DNA from: Acidimicrobiales bacterium
Lineage (GTDB): Bacteria > Actinomycetota > Acidimicrobiia > Acidimicrobiales > VFJN01
Reading direction: 5' to 3'
Assembly: GCA_035304465.1 (NCBI GenBank)
Contig: DATGPY010000211.1
Coordinates: 1-38,980 of the forward strand
DNA length: 38,980 nucleotides
Shown here piece after piece: positions 34,124-38,980 of this stretch. Within the stretch, counting starts at the first letter, position 1. Each line of letters starts with the position of its first letter. Made by a program: the position numbers and the translations under genes. Below the pieces are notes generated by a model that saw only the letters and a program-made list of their open reading frames with translations, did not search any database and was not told the DNA's origin.

Positions 34124-37100
34124 TCAGGACGCCCTGGGCACGATCGCCCGCTCCACCCGGCGCAGGCGCCGGCGGATCTCGTCGTCGCCCAGGCCGAGCT
34201 CGCGCAGGGCGTCGCCGTAGGCGGTGGCGGCGGCCCGCGCCGCCCGCCGACGCCCGGTGGCGGCGTGCGCCCGCACGACGAGCTCGTGGGCGCCGTCGGC
34301 CCAGGGGTCGACGGCGAGCGCCAGCTCCCCCAGACGGGCGGCGCGCTCCGCGTGGCCCTGGGCGAGCAGCAGCACGCCCGCCCGCTCGGCGAGGCCCGCG
34401 ACCCGGGCCCGGCGGGCCTCGACCTCGGCGATCGCCCAGTCGGCGGCGGCCACCTCGGTCGGCTCCCCCCGCCACAGGTCGAGCGCGTCGAGCATCCGGG
34501 CGAGCGCGGTCGACGGCTCGCCCCGGCGGTCGGCCTCCAGCGCGGCCTCGGCCAGCTCGTCGAACCGCCAGACGTCGGCCTCGAACCACTCGCCCCGGTG
34601 CAGCGCCAGGCCGTCACCGCGGGCCTGCACGAGGAACGAGGCGTCGCCGTTCCGCCGGCCCGGCTCCAGCGCCCGCAGCAGGTGGGTGAGCGTCACCCGC
34701 AGGTTGCGGGCCTGGCCCTCGCCGTCGAGGTCGGGCCAGAGGTCGGCGGCGACCTGCTCACGCGAGTCGTGGGGCCGCAGCGCCAGGTGGGCGAGCAGGT
34801 CGCGCACGCGCCGGCGGCGCCACTGCGGTGCGTCGACCGGCACGCCGTCGCGGCGCAGCTCGACGGGACCGAGGAGCCGCAGCTCGAGCCGGCCGTCCGG
34901 GGGCACCGGCAGCCGGGCCAGCGCGGCGCGGGCGGGTCGGGCGAGGTCACCCTCGCCGGCCACCCGCCGGACGTGGGCCTGCGCCCGCGGCCAGAGCGCC
35001 TCGAGGAGCGCCCAGCCGGCGTCGTCACCGGCGGCGACGTGGGCGAGGGCCAGCTCCGTGGCCCACGGCGCGGGCAGGAAGGCCCGGACGACGCCGGGGG
35101 CGACGGCCGCCGCCGCCCGCCGGGGCCCGTCGTCGCCCCGCCGGCGGGCGACGACGGCGCGGGCCAGGGTCCGGGCGTCGGTGAAGTAGGGGCCGAGGTC
35201 GGCCCCGTCCCAGTAGGGCCGCGTGTCGGGCACGAGCACGTACCAGAGCGCGAGCGCCCGCTGCTGCGGCGCAGCGCCGATGCCGGCGCCGATCGTGGCC
35301 CGGGTGCGGTAGTCCTCGAGCACGTCCCGGGCGCCGTCCTCGTCGCCGACGGCGACCCGCAGCGCGGCCTCGGCCTGCACGAGGCCGACGTCGACGAGCG
35401 GCGACCGGGGCACGGCCGCCAGGTCGCGGGCCCGCCGGAGGTAGCGCTCGGCGTCGTGGACGCGGTCGGCAGCCGCGGCCAGTTGGGCGTAGGTGGCGCA
35501 GACCACCGCCGTGTACTCGGACACGCCGCCGGCTGCCGACCGCTCGACCAGCTCGGGCATGCCGGCGAGGCAGTCGTCGACGGCGCCGGTCATCCAGAGG
35601 GCGCCGTACCGGGTCGCCTCGACGAGGGGCTCGTAGAGGGGCCCCACCGTCTTCATCGACTCCTCCGCCAGGCGCACGGCCTCGTGCGGCCGCCCGAGCT
35701 GGCTCAGCGCGGCCGCCCGCATCCACCGCTCCAGGCCGATCCACGTGTCGTTCAACGACCGCTCGGGGATGCGGTCGAGCTCGGCCAGGACGTCGTCGGG
35801 GCGGTTCGTCAGGTCGGCCACCAGGGCCCGGGCCAGGCAGGCCAGCGGCACCGCCTTCTCGTCCCCCTGCGCCTCCATCTCCAGGAAGCGCACGGCGACG
35901 TCCGCCAGCGGCTCGACGTCGCTCCGCCACCAGGCCAACTGGGCCAGTTGGGCGATGGCCGCCAGCTCGCCGGCGCCGTCGCCCGCCCGCCGGAACCCGG
36001 CGGCGGCCTCCTCGAGCAGCCGCATGGCGCCCTCCGGGTCGTCCGGCCCCCGGGCCACAGCCTCCAGCAGCAGGGCGAGCGCCCCGTCGGCGACGTCTGG
36101 CGGCAGCCGCCGCAACCACGTGGCGGCCACGTCCCCCGGCACCGGCGGGCTCGTCACGCCCAGCGCCTCGACGACCACCCGGGCCATGTCCTCCCAGGCC
36201 TCCGCCTTGGCCAGGTGCCCGACCGCCGCCCACAGGTCCCCCCGCTCGGCGACGGCCAGGCCGGCCCGGCGCCGGGCGTCGGCCAGCTCGCCGGGGGCGA
36301 CGACGGCGGCGAGGTGCGGGAGCCACAGCGGGTGGACGAGGCGGCCGCCCTCACCGCCGACCTTCGCGAGCGGCAGCTCGCGGGTGAGGGCGTCGAGGTC
36401 GACGTCGTGCCCGAGCACCGCCGCGGCCACGTCGGGGTCGGTGATCTCCGCGTGCGCGACGAGCGCGAGGTCGCGGCGCTGGTCCTCGGTGAGGCGGCCG
36501 AGCACCTCCTCCCACAGGTACTCGGCGTCGGTGCCGGGCGCCCCGGACGCCGACAGCTCGGCCAGGGCCGGCCAGCCGCCGCAGGCCGCGACCTGGTCGA
36601 GGGGCACGCCCCGCTGGCGCGCGAAGTCGGCCAGCTCGTCCGGTGAGAAGGACAGGTCCGCCTCCCCGACCCGCACGACCTCGCCCTGGACGTCCAGCCG
36701 GGCGAGCGGGACCGGCGGGGGCGTCCGCCCCGCCAGCACGACGTGGCCGTTGCGGGGCAGGGCTGCGACGAGCCGGGCCAGCGCGGCCGCGCCGGACGAA
36801 CCGGGGGCGACCAGGTGGACGTCGTCGAGGACGATCGCCACCTGAGCCGGCGCGCGGTGCCAGAGGGCGGCGGCCACCGCGTCGACCGCCGCCTCGGGCG
36901 ACGGCTGCGGGTCGACGCCGGCGGCCCGGCACAGCCCGTCGGTGAGCGACGAGGCGGCCTCGTCGTCGCTGGTGCAGCTCAGCCACAGGTCGATCCGGTC
37001 CCGCGTGGCATCGGCCTCGGCGACCGCCTGGGCCAGCAGGGTCGTCTTGCCGAACCCGGCCGGCGCCACCACGGCCACCACGCGGCGGGAGAACCGCGCC

Positions 37101-37201
37101 CGCAGCAGCGCGAGCAGGCGCGGGCGGGGCACGAGGCGCCGCCGGGCGGTCGGCGGGGCGAAGCGGAAGCCACCGTCGATCGGGTGCACCGCCCAGGACA
37201 C
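34124..37201 (-). CDS. large ATP-binding regulator: MalT/LAL-type P-loop N-terminus, helical/TPR-like middle, C-terminal SARP (OmpR-type wHTH plus BTAD)
   Basis: GTG at 37201 gives VSWAVHPIDGG; an alternative lies at 37189. RLVPRPRLLALLRARFSRRVVAVVAPAGFGKTTLLAQAV is a MalT-like Walker A context and VAIVLDDVH is Walker B. The C-terminus has LELRLLGPVELRRDGVPVDAP..RVRDLLAHLAL..LWPD..ARNLRVTLTHLLRAL, then DVWRFDEL..ALDLWRGEP..LAVDPWADGAHELVVRAHAATGRRRAARAAATAYGDALRELG (BTAD). The upstream 405 codons of track ORF 34124..38416 are antisense to the lipoprotein gene. Confidence 0.85.
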   Translation of the reverse strand: MSWAVHPIDGGFRFAPPTARRRLVPRPRLLALLRARFSRRVVAVVAPAGFGKTTLLAQAVAEADATRDRIDLWLSCTSDDEAASSLTDGLCRAAGVDPQPSPEAAVDAVAAALWHRAPAQVAIVLDDVHLVAPGSSGAAALARLVAALPRNGHVVLAGRTPPPVPLARLDVQGEVVRVGEADLSFSPDELADFARQRGVPLDQVAACGGWPALAELSASGAPGTDAEYLWEEVLGRLTEDQRRDLALVAHAEITDPDVAAAVLGHDVDLDALTRELPLAKVGGEGGRLVHPLWLPHLAAVVAPGELADARRRAGLAVAERGDLWAAVGHLAKAEAWEDMARVVVEALGVTSPPVPGDVAATWLRRLPPDVADGALALLLEAVARGPDDPEGAMRLLEEAAAGFRRAGDGAGELAAIAQLAQLAWWRSDVEPLADVAVRFLEMEAQGDEKAVPLACLARALVADLTNRPDDVLAELDRIPERSLNDTWIGLERWMRAAALSQLGRPHEAVRLAEESMKTVGPLYEPLVEATRYGALWMTGAVDDCLAGMPELVERSAAGGVSEYTAVVCATYAQLAAAADRVHDAERYLRRARDLAAVPRSPLVDVGLVQAEAALRVAVGDEDGARDVLEDYRTRATIGAGIGAAPQQRALALWYVLVPDTRPYWDGADLGPYFTDARTLARAVVARRRGDDGPRRAAAAVAPGVVRAFLPAPWATELALAHVAAGDDAGWALLEALWPRAQAHVRRVAGEGDLARPARAALARLPVPPDGRLELRLLGPVELRRDGVPVDAPQWRRRRVRDLLAHLALRPHDSREQVAADLWPDLDGEGQARNLRVTLTHLLRALEPGRRNGDASFLVQARGDGLALHRGEWFEADVWRFDELAEAALEADRRGEPSTALARMLDALDLWRGEPTEVAAADWAIAEVEARRARVAGLAERAGVLLLAQGHAERAARLGELALAVDPWADGAHELVVRAHAATGRRRAARAAATAYGDALRELGLGDDEIRRRLRRVERAIVPRAS

Positions 37202-37308
37202 TACGGGCCGTCGTGGCCGCTGCGCGCGCGGTATCGGAGCCGACTGGTCGGGATCGGCGCCGAACCACCACGTGACGCGGCGACGAGCCGACGCGCCGTG
37301 GCAGCTGT

Positions 37309-37338
37309 GGTTAGCGCGCCGGTAGCGGGCGGTTCGCG
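37309..37338 (+). promoter_or_regulatory. three direct repeats GGTTAGCG / GGTAGCG / GGTTCGCG spaced 12 and 10 bp, upstream of a TACCGT -10-like hexamer
   Basis: The repeats start at 37309, 37321 and 37331. TACCGT lies at 37349-37354 and the perfect palindrome CCGTCCC/GGGACGG at 37351-37364. All sit in the divergent region between the SARP-type regulator and the lipoprotein operon. Confidence 0.35.
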
Positions 37339-37510
37339 GCCGCCGTCGTACCGTCCCGGGACGGCGGCCGAGGCCCTGGTCCGGAGCCCCGGGCCGCGAC
37401 CGCCGTCCTGGTGCGGAGCCAAGGAGGTCGAGCAGTCGTTGGGGGGTGGTCGCGTGCACGGAGTCGGCTGGGGTCGCGCTCGACCCCGCCTGCACGCGCA
37501 TCCCGTCGGC

Positions 37511-38143
37511 GTGCACAGCTCCACCCCTCCCCGGGCCCGACCGCGCGCCCTCCCGCTCCTGCTGGCCGCCGGGCTGGCGGTGACGGCGACCGGCGGTTGC
37601 GGCGGTGACGCCGACGCGTCCGGGGCCGGCGCCGAGGAGATCGGCCTCGACGCCCGGCCGGACCTCGCCGACGCCGGCGACGGCGACGACCTCCACGCCG
37701 AGATCGAGCACCTGCTCGCCGAGCGGGACCGCGTCGTCGACGAGATCGTCGCCGACCCTGCGGTCGCCGCCGACCCCGACCACCCGCTGGTGCGGCAGCT
37801 CGCCGCCCTCTACGAGCCCGGCAGCACCGAGGTGGCCGCCGCCCTCGAGACCTGGGCGGGCCACGCCGAGGCCGGCGAGCGGACGCTGCCGGCCACGGAG
37901 GGCCGACCGGCGTTCGCCACCCGGCTCGACGGCGAGATCGAGCGCGTCGGCGACGGCGAGGTGCGCTTCCCGACCTGCAACGAGCACAGCTACGCCGTGC
38001 TCGACGCCGGCGACCAGCTCGTCGAGCTCCAGCCACAGGTCGAGATGCCCGGCGAGGGCACGGCCGTGCGGGTCGACGGCGAGTGGCGCCTGCGACAGCT
38101 GACGGTCGAGCGGACGACGGGGTGCCGAGAGGGGGGCGGCTGA
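37511..38143 (+). CDS. putative lipoprotein
   Basis: VHSSTPPRARPRALPLLLAAGLAVTATGGCGGDADASG has a basic n-region, a hydrophobic core and a lipobox-like TGGC. A balanced acidic mature domain follows. The start is uncertain: in-frame TTG at 37439 lies 11 nt after a strong AAGGAGG (37421-37427), and GTG at 37454 is another option. Confidence 0.6.
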   Translation: MHSSTPPRARPRALPLLLAAGLAVTATGGCGGDADASGAGAEEIGLDARPDLADAGDGDDLHAEIEHLLAERDRVVDEIVADPAVAADPDHPLVRQLAALYEPGSTEVAAALETWAGHAEAGERTLPATEGRPAFATRLDGEIERVGDGEVRFPTCNEHSYAVLDAGDQLVELQPQVEMPGEGTAVRVDGEWRLRQLTVERTTGCREGGG

Positions 38144-38144
38144 G

Positions 38145-38980
38145 GTGACCAGGACCGGGGCCCTCCCTGCGTTGGCCGCCGTGCTGATGGCGCTCGTCGT
38201 GGGCCTCCGGGGCCCGACGGCGGCGGCCGGTGCCCAACCCCAGGCGGACTGCGCGACGCGCGGCCGCGACGGCAACTGCGAGGTGACGAACCGCGACCGG
38301 GACGCCGGTTCGCCGGGGGGCACCACGTCGTGGCTGTGCACCAACCGGCGGCTCGACCCGGCGGTCGGGCGCTCCCTCTGGCCCGAGGCGCCCCCGCTGC
38401 CGCCGATGCTGGACATCTGGTACTACGCCGACTGCGGGACGAACGGCGGCAACGGTCGGTTCGACGACTGGGAGGAGTTCGGCTACATCAAGGTCTGGCA
38501 CCGACCGATCGAGGACCCCGAGGCCCGTCCGGACGGCCTCGACATGGAGTTCGTGCCGGCGCCGAGCTCGCCGCCGCCGCCCGCTGAGGTGGCCGAGGAC
38601 CTGTGGGCGCGGGTGGAGGCGACCCTGCCGGGGCCGGAGCTGGTGGTGTCCCCGCCGCCGGGCCGGGCGGCCCTCGTCGACCACCCGACGTTCCTGGCGG
38701 TGGGCAACTGGACGATCGTCGACGAGGAGGCCTGCGACGAGGTCGTCGGCAGGGTCTGCGTCACCCTCTCCGCCCGGCCCCGGTTGAGCTTCGACCCCGG
38801 TGACGGCAGCGACCCGATCGCTTGCGCGGGCGCGGGCACCGTCTTCGACCCCACCCGCGACCCCGACGCCCAAGCCGACGCCCCCGGCGCCTGCGCCCAT
38901 CGCTACAGCCGCCGCACCGGCGTCGCGGGCCGCCCCGACGCCTGGACCGCGACCGCCACCGTCACCTGGGAGGTCACCTG
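38145..38980 (+). CDS. Cys-rich secreted protein, unknown family (3' end cut by the window edge)
   Basis: Absent from the ORF track because no stop falls in the window. GTG at 38145 lies 1 nt after the lipoprotein stop and is preceded by GAGAGGGGGG. The signal peptide is VTRTGALPALAAVLMALVVGLRGPTAAAGA. The mature part has 10 Cys and high GC3 throughout, with no in-frame stop to 38980. It ends ..FDPGDGSDPIACAGAGTVFDP..PGACAHRYSRR..TATATVTWEVT. Confidence 0.6.
   Translation, partial: MTRTGALPALAAVLMALVVGLRGPTAAAGAQPQADCATRGRDGNCEVTNRDRDAGSPGGTTSWLCTNRRLDPAVGRSLWPEAPPLPPMLDIWYYADCGTNGGNGRFDDWEEFGYIKVWHRPIEDPEARPDGLDMEFVPAPSSPPPPAEVAEDLWARVEATLPGPELVVSPPPGRAALVDHPTFLAVGNWTIVDEEACDEVVGRVCVTLSARPRLSFDPGDGSDPIACAGAGTVFDPTRDPDAQADAPGACAHRYSRRTGVAGRPDAWTATATVTWEVT

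Noticed and set aside
34265-36646. 793-aa plus-strand ORF and other ORFs (35025..36326, 36351..37271, 37311..38900) overlapping the large regulator and lipoprotein genes
   Set aside because: They are antisense shadows. The minus-strand frame 34124..37201 carries Walker A/B and SARP/BTAD motifs, and the plus-strand frames at 37511..38143 and 38145..38980 carry signal peptides and balanced composition.
34124-37201. Antiviral STAND (Avs-like) defence NTPase
   Set aside because: No nuclease, protease, TIR or other effector domain is present. The terminal domain is a SARP DNA-binding/activation module, so a transcription-factor role is much more likely.
1-38980. Genomic island, prophage, integrative element, CRISPR array, tRNA/rRNA genes
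   Set aside because: No integrase, transposase, recombinase or phage structural genes are present. There are no direct repeats flanking a block and no tRNA-like sequence in the short intergenic gaps. The only compositional outlier is the ~50-bp AT-rich operator at about 23895-23945.

Overview
This is a roughly 72-73% GC, gene-dense chromosomal segment, most consistent with Actinomycetota; I cannot place the lineage further from sequence alone. I support 38 protein-coding genes. Two are truncated by the window edges and are therefore missing from the supplied ORF track: the response regulator at 1..558 (-) and the secreted protein at 38145..38980 (+). I found no rRNA, tRNA, CRISPR array, transposase, integrase or prophage signature.

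Most of the window is core metabolism and envelope housekeeping:
- a PspC-domain kinase / LuxR regulator / PspC-LiaF-like envelope-stress module (1..3456)
- an lpdA - E2 acyltransferase - lipB/lipA operon, in which lipB and lipA form one uninterrupted reading frame (5540..10259)
- a serine hydrolase, two tandem trkA genes, bfd-bfr and mscL
- an SDR39U1-like epimerase plus a HAD-IB hydrolase
- a surface-polysaccharide block: Gly-rich anchored protein, DUF4012 protein and polyprenyl glycosylphosphotransferase
- a TetR-controlled DrrAB-like ABC exporter
- an XRE-cupin regulator divergent from an EamA transporter
- a PepSY protein with an OmpR-type two-component system and a CelD-like acyltransferase

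The least conventional part is the right end (32533..38980). It holds a divergent ECF-like sigma/HTH protein and an orphan A24 prepilin peptidase. Next comes a ~1025-aa regulator with a MalT/LAL-type P-loop N-terminus and a C-terminal SARP (wHTH+BTAD) module, the reverse of the usual AfsR order. Divergent from that regulator is a lipoprotein plus Cys-rich secreted-protein operon, preceded by about 11-bp-spaced direct repeats. I flag this as the best candidate for an undescribed regulatory/secretion module, but it continues past the window edge.

The many long Arg/Pro/Gly-rich ORFs in the track are antisense or off-frame shadows typical of high-GC DNA and were rejected.
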